From: an uncultured Calditrichota bacterium
GTDB taxonomy: Bacteria > Calditrichota > Calditrichia > JAJRVZ01
Direction of reading: 5' to 3'
Length of the DNA: 64,000 nt
NCBI GenBank assembly: GCA_964489835.1
Contig: CAZBBC010000005.1
Location: forward strand, 26,123-90,122
Within the stretch, counting starts at the first letter, position 1, and each line of letters begins with the position of its first letter. Position numbers and translations under genes: made by a program. Shown piece after piece: positions 9,900-18,944 of this stretch. The notes beneath the pieces were generated by a model. It did no database searches and was not told the origin of the DNA. It saw only the letters and a list, made by a program, of their open reading frames with translations.

Positions 9900-11045
9900 C
9901 TATTCCCCTCTTAATGTTTGGGCCGGGTCCTGCGTGATAGCTATCATTGTTGGTATGACAGCAGAAAATGCGGCAAGTGTTGTAGCAGCTACGAGAGACC
10001 ATACCAGCAGATTGTAAATGGGTTTGACAGAATTGGCCGTAACTTTGAATATGTCGGGTCCATATATTAACGATAGCGCGGTGCCAATACCGAATCCCAA
10101 AATCGCTCCCAAAACCCCGAATAATACCGCCCTTCCCAAAAATAAGCCGGCAATTTTTCCTGAGCGGTAGCCCAGTGCCCGCAGGATTCCGATTTCCTGA
10201 CGTCTGTCTCTAACATTCAATAAACTGATTACACCAATCCATACGGCACAGGTAATTACAATAAAGGGTATGATAAAAGCAAAGTAATTTTCAAGCATCA
10301 GTCTCTGTCTTTCACGGGCAACAGCAATGGTCCGATTCATTATTACCTTCGCCTCTGGCAATATCTCTGATAGTTGTTCGCGCAAGTTGTCGAGCGGGTC
10401 ATCCTCACCAGAAGTAAGGCACAGACAATTCAGAGCTTTGATCTCATTGATCATCCCTTTCATATCCAGTAGGTCCTGAACATCATGAAGTGTGGCATAA
10501 ATGCGAATATCGGCATCACTCCCAGTCTCGGAGAGGGTTCTTTCTATCGTAAATTTTTTTCCGAGGATATCAATTGTTTCACCCTCAATAAGATTTAAAC
10601 TGTTTGCGATTTCATAACCGACATAAACAGTTCCCGCTTTGATTGCATAAATCATTGGTGTTTTTTTTGCGCCCGAGGGTTCGATCTCTCCGGATATTCC
10701 CGTTAAAACCACTTCTTTATTACGCCAGGATACCTTTTGGTGTAATATGGCAGTCAAATGGGCATAAGATACATCTTTAAATGCCGTAAAACGAAGAACG
10801 TATTCCTCGGGCATTGTATCCTCTGAAAATCCGGTGGTCCAGAATCCATCCATATCCGTTTTTTGAGGGATTATCCGTAAATTGAATCCCATATCGCGGG
10901 TTAAGCGGATTGTTTCCCGTTTTGATGCTTCACTGGTCGTGAAAAAGAACACAAAAAAGGCCACGGCGATTATAATCGCCAGCATCCCCAGAAGAAAATT
11001 AAACTTTCTATGAATAATTTCTTTAATAATTAGACGAATCGTCAT
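9900..11045 (-). CDS. ABC transporter permease, FtsX/MacB/LolC-E type
   Basis: 381 aa; N-terminal TM, about 220-aa periplasmic domain, then 3 TM with FtsX-domain motif RRQEIGILRALGYRSG. Confidence 0.85.
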   Translation of the reverse strand: MTIRLIIKEIIHRKFNFLLGMLAIIIAVAFFVFFFTTSEASKRETIRLTRDMGFNLRIIPQKTDMDGFWTTGFSEDTMPEEYVLRFTAFKDVSYAHLTAILHQKVSWRNKEVVLTGISGEIEPSGAKKTPMIYAIKAGTVYVGYEIANSLNLIEGETIDILGKKFTIERTLSETGSDADIRIYATLHDVQDLLDMKGMINEIKALNCLCLTSGEDDPLDNLREQLSEILPEAKVIMNRTIAVARERQRLMLENYFAFIIPFIVITCAVWIGVISLLNVRDRRQEIGILRALGYRSGKIAGLFLGRAVLFGVLGAILGFGIGTALSLIYGPDIFKVTANSVKPIYNLLVWSLVAATTLAAFSAVIPTMIAITQDPAQTLRGE

Positions 11046-11086
11046 TAGTAATATCCCCTGAATATTCTTGTTTAAATTACCACCAT

Positions 11087-11929
11087 TTAAAGGACTTTTT
11101 TTATTAATTGAATACCGCCTGCCTCCACAGAAATAATTCTCTTTTTGTAAAGAGCACCAATTGCTTTTTTGAATGTTTTCTTACTCACTCCAAACCACTC
11201 ATAGACAATTTGTGGGGAGCTTTTGTCGGTGAGGGAAATATATCCCCCCTCTTTTTCTATTATTTGAACGATTTTTTTCGATAAATCATCTATTTTTTCA
11301 TAACCCGGTTTGTATAAACAAAGGTCTATTTTTTTGTCTTCTCTTACTTTATTAATAAATCCTTTTATTTTCTGTCCTCTTTTTAATGGTTGGAAAACCT
11401 CATTTTTATAAAGAATACCCCGGTGGGTATTATTAATAATCGCCTGAAAGCCGATGTCAGTCTGATTCTCGATCAACAGATCCACGGTTTGTCCTTTCTG
11501 ATACTCAACCACCTGCTTATCAAGAAATTTATCAAGTTTCGATGAAGCAGCAATTCGATTGCTTTTATGATCCAGATAGACAAAGACAATATAGGATTGG
11601 CCCTCTTTCATTTTTTGCTTCTGTTCGCGAAAGGGCACCAGCAGATCTTTTTGTAAACCCCAGTCAAGAAAGGCTCCGACAGAACTTTCCGAAACAACTT
11701 TTAGAAAAGCAAATTCGCCAACCAGGGCATAAGGTTTCTCGGTAGTGGCAATGATCAGGTCTTCGGAGTCAAAGTATATAAAAACCCGGATACGGTCATC
11801 TATGGTACATTTCTCAGGCACGTATCGGTTCGGTAGTAATATTTCACCAAGATCTTCTCCATCAAGATACACACCAAAGTCCACTTTTTTTAGTATCCTG
11901 AGGTTATTAAATTTTCCAATTTCTACCAT
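11087..11929 (-). CDS. S1 RNA-binding domain protein, CvfB/YitL family
   Basis: 280 aa; S1-like repeats plus C-terminal winged-helix region typical of CvfB (GEILLPNRYVPE, SESSVGAFLDWGLQKDLLVP). Confidence 0.7.
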   Translation of the reverse strand: MVEIGKFNNLRILKKVDFGVYLDGEDLGEILLPNRYVPEKCTIDDRIRVFIYFDSEDLIIATTEKPYALVGEFAFLKVVSESSVGAFLDWGLQKDLLVPFREQKQKMKEGQSYIVFVYLDHKSNRIAASSKLDKFLDKQVVEYQKGQTVDLLIENQTDIGFQAIINNTHRGILYKNEVFQPLKRGQKIKGFINKVREDKKIDLCLYKPGYEKIDDLSKKIVQIIEKEGGYISLTDKSSPQIVYEWFGVSKKTFKKAIGALYKKRIISVEAGGIQLIKKVL

Positions 11930-11982
11930 GTCTTAATAATCACCGGTTAGTATATAAATGCGATTGTATCAAAAAACTTTGT

Positions 11983-12627
11983 TTACAGAAGTCCCATAGA
12001 CACCAAAGACGATCTTAACATAGAGACACTTTGATAATGTATTGTATTCATACCTAATTGTTCTGCCGTATGTATATTTGCGGCTGTATCATCAATAAAT
12101 ACAATTCTTTCCGGATTTACCCCCTGTTTATTCAGAAAGTATTCAAAGATATCCCGATCCGGCTTCTTCATGCCGATCTCCCCGGATACGACAATATCAT
12201 CAAACAGCGATAAAAAATTATATTTATTTACGGCAATCGGAAATTTTTCTGCAGACCAATTCGTCAAGGCATATATGGAATATCCTTTTTCTTTTAATTC
12301 TTCGAGTACTCGAGTATTCTCAAAATATTCTTCTCCAAGCATTTCTTCCCAGCGCCGATCGTATGCCTCAATTAAACCTTCATAAGCGGGATAGATAGCT
12401 TTAAGAATTGCTTTTCCTTCATTGAAGGATCTACCGGCATCTTGTTCCAGATTCCATTCATGATTACATATCGATGATAAGAAATATTCAATGCCCGCCG
12501 GATCATCGGGTAAAATTTTACGATAAAGATGTCGGGGATCCCAATCGATTAAAACGCCCCCAATATCAAACACCACCGTATCTATTTTCAATGGTTCCAA
12601 CGGGTCATCCATGATTAATTTTTGCAC
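11983..12627 (-). CDS. HAD-superfamily hydrolase
   Basis: Motif I VVFDIGGVL (DxG), motif near C-terminus FIDDTAANI. Confidence 0.75.
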   Translation of the reverse strand: MQKLIMDDPLEPLKIDTVVFDIGGVLIDWDPRHLYRKILPDDPAGIEYFLSSICNHEWNLEQDAGRSFNEGKAILKAIYPAYEGLIEAYDRRWEEMLGEEYFENTRVLEELKEKGYSIYALTNWSAEKFPIAVNKYNFLSLFDDIVVSGEIGMKKPDRDIFEYFLNKQGVNPERIVFIDDTAANIHTAEQLGMNTIHYQSVSMLRSSLVSMGLL

Positions 12628-12660
12628 TTCAATTGTCTCTTCTGTCTCTGTTCTGAATTC

Positions 12661-13677
12661 TCATTTTATCCAGTACTCTCTGAGTCTGTAAAATTCTTTA
12701 AACATTACCTCAGCGATCGTCTCACTCACTCCGATACCTTCAGGATCTCCATAATTGAAAACAATAAAACCACCTTCCGGTGTAGACCAGTTCTCAATCA
12801 ACTCTCTGGCTTCGGCCCGCACCGCTTTGCTGTCCTCTTTCGGCAATGTGGCCTGGATGTCAACGGTGGTCAGAAAACAAATTCTCCCGGCAAAAGATTC
12901 CCCGATCTCCTTTATGCCGTAAGTTTGTGGTTGTCCCATATTCAGTACATCCGCACCCATATCTATAAAATAGGGTACAAAATCGTTCACCCGCCCGCAA
13001 CTATGCAAAATAACATGCCATCCATGTCCATGAATAACATTGAACAGCTGTGTGTACCTGTCAAAAAAATATTCCATAAAGACTTCCGACGAAACGATAG
13101 TACCGTTTTGGGTACCCCAATCATCGGTAAGAAAAAGGCCATGCACCCGGTTGCCAAATTGTTTGGCCGCTTCGTTAATATGATCGATCTTATGATTCAG
13201 GATCATATCAAGTACCTGGTGTGTTTTTTTGGGCTCCAGATAAAAATCTTCAAGGGTTTGGCGAAAACCATGCAGCATGTACAGCCGTTCGAAAAGAGTA
13301 AAATGACTGGTCAGAACAACATATCGATTAGCAGCATCCCGGATTTCTTTTTCAATTCTTTGGAAATAGAAGGGATTTCGCGGGTCCGGCGGGATGTAGG
13401 TTGACAGTTTACTCCATTCCTCGAGGGGATGACCGACGACTTGACCCATGTTTTTGACCGCGGTTCTTTTCCATTGACAACCCCAGTCATCTCCTGCAGG
13501 ATTATCAAAAAACCACCCGTTTTCCTGACGGTCCATTTCCCAGCAATCACAGACATCATTAGGAAAATTTTTTATTACAGAGGATAGTTTTTTACCCCAG
13601 GAGCCTCCCAGGAAGAAGGGCAAACGTGGTGGTCTGTCGAATTCTATGGCCCTTCGAACAATCTCAGTGCTTTCCAT
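12661..13677 (-). CDS. uroporphyrinogen decarboxylase (URO-D) family protein, MtaA/CmuA-like
   Basis: 338 aa with URO-D fold signature stretches (FDRPPRLPFF, LHSCGRVNDFVPYFIDMGADVLN); probably not a haem-pathway enzyme given the context. Confidence 0.65.
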   Translation of the reverse strand: MESTEIVRRAIEFDRPPRLPFFLGGSWGKKLSSVIKNFPNDVCDCWEMDRQENGWFFDNPAGDDWGCQWKRTAVKNMGQVVGHPLEEWSKLSTYIPPDPRNPFYFQRIEKEIRDAANRYVVLTSHFTLFERLYMLHGFRQTLEDFYLEPKKTHQVLDMILNHKIDHINEAAKQFGNRVHGLFLTDDWGTQNGTIVSSEVFMEYFFDRYTQLFNVIHGHGWHVILHSCGRVNDFVPYFIDMGADVLNMGQPQTYGIKEIGESFAGRICFLTTVDIQATLPKEDSKAVRAEARELIENWSTPEGGFIVFNYGDPEGIGVSETIAEVMFKEFYRLREYWIK

Positions 13678-13906
13678 TGAATTTTTTTTAAGGGTAACTT
13701 TTTCCGGACTAAAATTAATTACTCATCCGATATTTTTGCCTGTCGAATCTAAATAATTCACTAACCTGAATTATTCACCACGAAGATCATCCTTCGAGGT
13801 TTATGCTTTTATAGCCAAAAACTTTGTTGTTTTAACAAAATTTTTACAAACTGAATATATTCATTTAACGCAGAGACCGCAGAGATTTTTTTATAATACA
13901 TTTTTT

Positions 13907-14008
13907 AATTCGTGAAAATTCGTGTCAGTCTGCGCCTGATCCGGCTTCGACGGATAATTCGTGGACTTCTTTTTTGGATTGCAGCAATAGGCTGCGGCAT
14001 GAATAGAC
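13907..14008 (-). repeat. gene-end structured repeat, family A copy 1 (about 97% identical to 21437-21536)
   Basis: aattcgtgtcagtctgcgcctgatccggcttcgacggataattcgtggacttcttttttggattgcagcaataggctgcggcatgaatag; 3 mismatches in 91 nt against the reverse complement of 21437-21527; lies 88 nt 3' of the sialidase-like gene in the same relative orientation as the other copies. Confidence 0.8.
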
Positions 14009-14095
14009 CAGGCTAATTACCCAACCGTAATAAATCTAAAATAATATTTAATACAAACCAATCATTAATATAGGTCATTCGATTTATTGATGAGT

Positions 14096-15274
14096 TCAAG
14101 GAGCTGAAACCGGTGTCGTATCGGATGATCTATTTTTTTCGCGAAAGTTTTTTATTCGGTGAAACGTCAGATAATTTGCATCATGGGCATTATGTGCCCC
14201 GCCGAGGCCGTCCTCAAATGCTGTCCGTGAAACAGCAACAATATCATTACCTTCGAATAGCCAATCGACATATTGAAATCCTGATTTTTCGAAATCCTGC
14301 GAGCGTAATACAACAAAACGCACCGACCATTCCAACAAATCCTTTGACGAAATCAGTGCCAGGGTATTGCGGGTGCGCTCCGCGTTCCATTTACCAACAT
14401 CATCGGGATGAATCCAATTAGTGAGCGACCAGTAAAGATTGCTTTTGGTATCATGGTGAATACTAAATTTTTTGCATCCTCCCGGGAAATCGATAAAATC
14501 AGTTTTATCATCAAAAGATATGTATTTTCCATTGTTGGAGATCCGGACCAATGCTGCTTTACCACCTTTTGTCGGTTCATGCACACGCAGTATATTGACA
14601 AGTTTATCGTCCGGAGTGATGACAATATTACCCTCCAACCAGCCGCTGTAGGGTTCCCAGTCGCCCCACTGTAAATGATTGCTGATGGTCCAGTTCTCCG
14701 CAGAAAGGAGGTTGGCATCAGCGGGGGCACTCATCACAAACGGCTGGAAGCCGCTACCCCATCGTCCGGTAACTTTTTCCCAGGCCCGCCAGATGCGGTC
14801 ATTATGAATAACTACCGGTACCGGGGCACAATGGTATTGACCATCCCTCCGCAAAATACCCGATTGATTCGAAGGTTCCGTCCAGGTTAAACCACCATCG
14901 TCAGATCGACGAATGATCACATAACCATCTGCCTTACTGGTACCAATAAGATACAAATTGTCGGCATGAACAAATAATGAGGACCACCACTGACCATCAA
15001 TATCGGTCATCACTTCCCATGTTTCCCCTTTGTCACTTGATCTATGGATTCGTGTTCTGTTATTCGATGAACCGGGGCCAAAGAAATCATGAGAGGCGAT
15101 AAAGTCTCCATTCGGAAGAATGGCAATGCTGGGAGAGCCGATATATTGCATTGAAGAAGCGGGAGAATGATCGATAACGATTCCCGGAACTTTTGAATGA
15201 TCAACCGTGGATTTAGTCAAACATCCCACAACGCTTAAGGCAACAGTGAACATGATAAATTTAAATATATTCAT
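14096..15274 (-). CDS. BNR/Asp-box repeat glycoside hydrolase (sialidase-like), lipoprotein
   Basis: Signal MNIFKFIMFTVALSVVGC; two Asp-boxes SDKGETW and SDDGGLTW. Confidence 0.65.
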   Translation of the reverse strand: MNIFKFIMFTVALSVVGCLTKSTVDHSKVPGIVIDHSPASSMQYIGSPSIAILPNGDFIASHDFFGPGSSNNRTRIHRSSDKGETWEVMTDIDGQWWSSLFVHADNLYLIGTSKADGYVIIRRSDDGGLTWTEPSNQSGILRRDGQYHCAPVPVVIHNDRIWRAWEKVTGRWGSGFQPFVMSAPADANLLSAENWTISNHLQWGDWEPYSGWLEGNIVITPDDKLVNILRVHEPTKGGKAALVRISNNGKYISFDDKTDFIDFPGGCKKFSIHHDTKSNLYWSLTNWIHPDDVGKWNAERTRNTLALISSKDLLEWSVRFVVLRSQDFEKSGFQYVDWLFEGNDIVAVSRTAFEDGLGGAHNAHDANYLTFHRIKNFREKNRSSDTTPVSAP

Positions 15275-15329
15275 AAGTGTAACTCCAGGGATAAAAGGTT
15301 GTTTTGAAGATTTTAAAAAAACCGCACCA

Positions 15330-16205
15330 TTATTGGAGATGGGAAAAATCCTTCTTATATCGATTTAAGATATCCTCTTTAGAACCTTTGAACAGATAAA
15401 TCTTGCCCCGTATCGTTTTATTCTCTCCTCGTTTTAATGGACCCACACGAACAGATAAATGCATACATTTCCAGGGGTTGTGACCCTGAACCGAAAGATA
15501 CGATTCCCAGGCAATACCTGTTACCCATTTATTATCTTCGGACTCCCGAATGATTAGGCCGGCATGGGCATTTCTTTGGGAGGTGGGCCATTTAGCATTG
15601 AAGACGAATTGGCTGGCCTCACTCTCTTTATGCCAGGCCATCACGGATGATCGGTATTTATAATTAAAATGAATTTCCCGCGGATATTCTTCTCCTTTTA
15701 TTAATTCAAGACTACTTTTACCAAGAAAATAAGTGTTTGTATGGCTCTTGTCAAAAAACACAGGATTTGCTATGGCATCGGTAATCTTTCTTGAATCTGC
15801 GCCCGGATTGAAACAGGGAATGATTGCCGCGATTTCCGGCCAATCATGATCTGAAATATTGGTGATATCCAATACCATATCTGCGCCATCTGCGGTTGCC
15901 TCCAATTTCAATTTCAGCCACCCCGAATCCATTTGCGCTAACACTCCTGATGAATCAACCTGCCATTTCCAATTGGATGTTCCTGGTGTATGCTCTCCAC
16001 TTTTTACGGCATCAAATAAGTGCCACTCATAAAACCATAAATAGGCAAAACCTTCAGAATCGTGGCGGGATTCAACTTTTACACCGCGGTCCCACAGGCG
16101 CAACCTGATCAAATTTTCCGTTTTTTCATTTTCATTCAGGCAGGCGGATAGAAAGAAACATTGTATTACAATGATAGTCGATATAAGAATAATTTTATAC
16201 TTCAT
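15330..16205 (-). CDS. hypothetical lipoprotein
   Basis: 291 aa; lipobox FFLSAC; no family recognised. Confidence 0.5.
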   Translation of the reverse strand: MKYKIILISTIIVIQCFFLSACLNENEKTENLIRLRLWDRGVKVESRHDSEGFAYLWFYEWHLFDAVKSGEHTPGTSNWKWQVDSSGVLAQMDSGWLKLKLEATADGADMVLDITNISDHDWPEIAAIIPCFNPGADSRKITDAIANPVFFDKSHTNTYFLGKSSLELIKGEEYPREIHFNYKYRSSVMAWHKESEASQFVFNAKWPTSQRNAHAGLIIRESEDNKWVTGIAWESYLSVQGHNPWKCMHLSVRVGPLKRGENKTIRGKIYLFKGSKEDILNRYKKDFSHLQ

Positions 16206-16310
16206 CTCACCGCCTTTGTTTTGGTAAGGTAGTCAAAAATAACCACAGATTATGCCGAGTCTTTTATGAAACTTCTGCTTGTATCAAATATTTTTTTGTC
16301 GAGTAATCGC

Positions 16311-17570
16311 TCAATAAAGTTGCGGAACCTTGAGTAATTCCCCACCGCGTAGCGCAGACTCGTGGGCAACAATACCGGGAACGGTATAAGCCAATGCTTC
16401 GGTAATATCGATAGCAGGCCGACGATTATGAATGAGTGCATCAATAAATTCGTGAGTCAGGAATGTATGCGAGCCCTGATGACCGGAGTTATGACGTAAT
16501 GGTTCAGGCAATAAGTCCGTGTCCCACCAATCCGGTTGTTCGTAGGGTTCCAATTCTGGCAAGTAGCGTACAAAACCGGCGTCATCTTTTTCTGTGCGGT
16601 TACGATCGGGTCTGACAATAACGGGTCCAAGACCGTTGGGATGGGCTGCATAAAAACTCATATCACTACCGATCCATTGCGCTCTTTCACAACCACGATG
16701 TGCGCCCTTCCACCAGATATTAACCCGAAAAGCATGTCCGCGGTCAGTTCTGAACATCGCTGATTCATTCCAGAAAGGATTATTGTTATAGGCGTTTTTT
16801 TTGCAGATATCACTCTCATCTCCCCAACCGTGACAGACGACCTCTGTCAATTTTTCTCCGGTAACGCCTGTTAAATGCGCAATACAGTGGGTCGGATACA
16901 ACATTGGCGGAAAACCATGGCGCCAGGTCGGTTTACCGTTTTCAAAGAAAAGAACCTCCAGGCCCGAATGCTGATATTCTGACTCACAATAATAAATCTC
17001 ACCGAATTTTTTTTCCTGATAAAATTGGCGTGCAGAAATCGTATGTTGCTGATAGAAGCTTGTTTCTGCCATCATGTATGTCAAGCCACTTTCCTTTACA
17101 GCATCGAGAAGTCTCTGTGCTTCTTCCACCCCACTGCCGGCACAAGCCGGAACGGCGCAAATCGCATGTTTGCCATGTTTCAATACCTCAATCACATGCT
17201 TTGCATGATTCGGACCCTCTGTAAAGACGGCAACCGCATCAATGTTTTTATCTTTTACCAATTCTTCCAGACTGTTATAAGACTTGCTGCATTGATAAGT
17301 TTTCATTAGGTGATCACGACGAGCAGGTCTTAAATCACTCACGGCCTCAACAATACAATTCGGATGTTCATGCCAATAAAAATGCGATCCAAAATTACCG
17401 CCGACCACACCGATGTGTATTTTCCTGTCGACAGTATCCGCGGCAAGTAATCGGTTTCCGGATAATGATAAACCGGTAACGGCGATGCTTCCTATCTTAA
17501 GAAAATTTCTTCGGGTCAGGTTAGAACCACCGACCACAGTCCTGGCGGTGATTATAGATTTCTTTTTCAT
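16311..17570 (-). CDS. Gfo/Idh/MocA family oxidoreductase with TAT signal (GH109-like architecture)
   Basis: TAT motif TRRNFLKIGSIAVTG; Rossmann HIGVVGGNFGSHF; 419 aa. Confidence 0.8.
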   Translation of the reverse strand: MKKKSIITARTVVGGSNLTRRNFLKIGSIAVTGLSLSGNRLLAADTVDRKIHIGVVGGNFGSHFYWHEHPNCIVEAVSDLRPARRDHLMKTYQCSKSYNSLEELVKDKNIDAVAVFTEGPNHAKHVIEVLKHGKHAICAVPACAGSGVEEAQRLLDAVKESGLTYMMAETSFYQQHTISARQFYQEKKFGEIYYCESEYQHSGLEVLFFENGKPTWRHGFPPMLYPTHCIAHLTGVTGEKLTEVVCHGWGDESDICKKNAYNNNPFWNESAMFRTDRGHAFRVNIWWKGAHRGCERAQWIGSDMSFYAAHPNGLGPVIVRPDRNRTEKDDAGFVRYLPELEPYEQPDWWDTDLLPEPLRHNSGHQGSHTFLTHEFIDALIHNRRPAIDITEALAYTVPGIVAHESALRGGELLKVPQLY

Positions 17571-17607
17571 TTCTCAGTCCTTTGCTTTATACAGCAGTGT
17601 TAAAAGT

Positions 17608-17746
17608 AACCACGAAGCACACGAAGATATTATTATTGATTTTATAGAAAAAATGCAATACTAAAATTTGAACAGGAATTCCTTTATAGATTTACAATAA
17701 ATATTTTTTTTATGCTTTCGTGCTCTTCGTGCGCCTCGTGGTGATT
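17608..17746. repeat. heptamer inverted-repeat element (CACGAAG arms, 90-bp AT-rich core)
   Basis: left aaccacgaagcacacgaag; right ctttcgtgctcttcgtgcgcctcgtggtgatt (RC carries cacgagg/cacgaag/cacgaaa). Confidence 0.7.
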
Positions 17747-17809
17747 AAATTTGTCATAGAACTGTCCTAAATGAAGAATTACAGAGTGTTGAGCCTTGCA
17801 TTATGTCGT

Positions 17810-18760
17810 TCAATAGTTACCTTCGTTTCGCCATATATTAAGCATCAATTCATATCGTGACAGACGCATGCCCGTGTAAATACAATTACTGGTAGAGAAA
17901 ATGTATCCCCCTCCCGGCATTCCCTGACTGAGTGAATAGCGCGCCGATTCGATGACTTCCTGGTCGGTTCCGGTATCCAGTGCGCCGCAATTAACATTAC
18001 CGATCAGACAGACCCGGTTTCCATACAAACGTTTCACTTCAGCCATATCAATTCCGGCCTGGGGATCTAGGGAGTGCAATGCATGCGGCCCGGCTTCAAC
18101 TAACTGGTCGATGATGGGCATGATGTTTCCGTCGGTATGTTTTATGGTATAAAAACCCATATCACGGTAGCCCTGGATTAGTTGGGTAAGGTAGGGTGTT
18201 GTAAATTCGGCAAACTGATCCGGGCTCAGAAAAGGTCCGTTATTAAAGCAGTAATCCATACATAAGGCGAAACCATCTAATCCCCCATGTTTTTGATAAA
18301 GTTCCGCCTGCCTCAGAGCTGTTTCCACCATGGCCCTGGCTTCTGCTTTAACTTTATCGGGCTCTTCTGCCAGACGGCAAGAAAATGACATCATATCTTT
18401 CCCTTCCGGTATGCCGATCGTCGCATCTCCATGCCGCATTAAAAAATATTGGTCACCGGTTCGCTCACGAATCAGATCAATCTGCCGGATCGTCTCTTCT
18501 ACAGAATCAGGATTTAGATGCAGAAAAATGGCGCTGTGTTCAAATTTTCGGGCAGTCGCGATATAGAGATCTGCCATATCAACGCGGTGCAGTTCCCGTT
18601 CTTTTTCTTCCATTTGAAGCCATTGATCATACAACCGGTGGTTGGGATGTACTTTCCCGAAAGCTTCCATGGTTAAAAAGAAAACTAATTCAAAATGTGG
18701 GACTCTTCCCTTAAGTGGTTGAAGTTCCAGCGCCGCAATGAAACGTTCTCTTGGATTCAT
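17810..18760 (-). CDS. URO-D family protein (second paralog)
   Basis: 316 aa; URO-D-like stretches (GDATIGIPEG, YTIKHTDGNIMPIIDQLVEAG). Confidence 0.65.
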   Translation of the reverse strand: MNPRERFIAALELQPLKGRVPHFELVFFLTMEAFGKVHPNHRLYDQWLQMEEKERELHRVDMADLYIATARKFEHSAIFLHLNPDSVEETIRQIDLIRERTGDQYFLMRHGDATIGIPEGKDMMSFSCRLAEEPDKVKAEARAMVETALRQAELYQKHGGLDGFALCMDYCFNNGPFLSPDQFAEFTTPYLTQLIQGYRDMGFYTIKHTDGNIMPIIDQLVEAGPHALHSLDPQAGIDMAEVKRLYGNRVCLIGNVNCGALDTGTDQEVIESARYSLSQGMPGGGYIFSTSNCIYTGMRLSRYELMLNIWRNEGNY

Positions 18761-18944
18761 CTTATTCTTCTCTTAGTAATTCGAAATCATTGTTTTTTAA
18801 TATCATAGCACAGCCCAAGGCTGCAAATAAAGAACAAATAATCCGTGGATAAAAGTTTTTGACTGTAAAACAATAATGGTACAATATAATTTAAAAATAG
18901 CAGTTTTAAAATAGTATCATATGTTACGGTATCTGTTTATTTTT

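Noticed and set aside
9898-10002. N-terminal 35-aa extension of the ABC ATPase (MVSRSCYNTCRIFCCH...)
   Set aside because: It overlaps the permease gene in another frame and precedes the canonical MLKLEQ start that sits 2 nt after the permease stop. The start was moved to 9897.
12622-13404. 260-aa plus-strand ORF antisense to the URO-D gene
   Set aside because: It lies fully within a well-supported minus-strand gene. It has no recognisable domains and unusual composition, so it is a shadow ORF.
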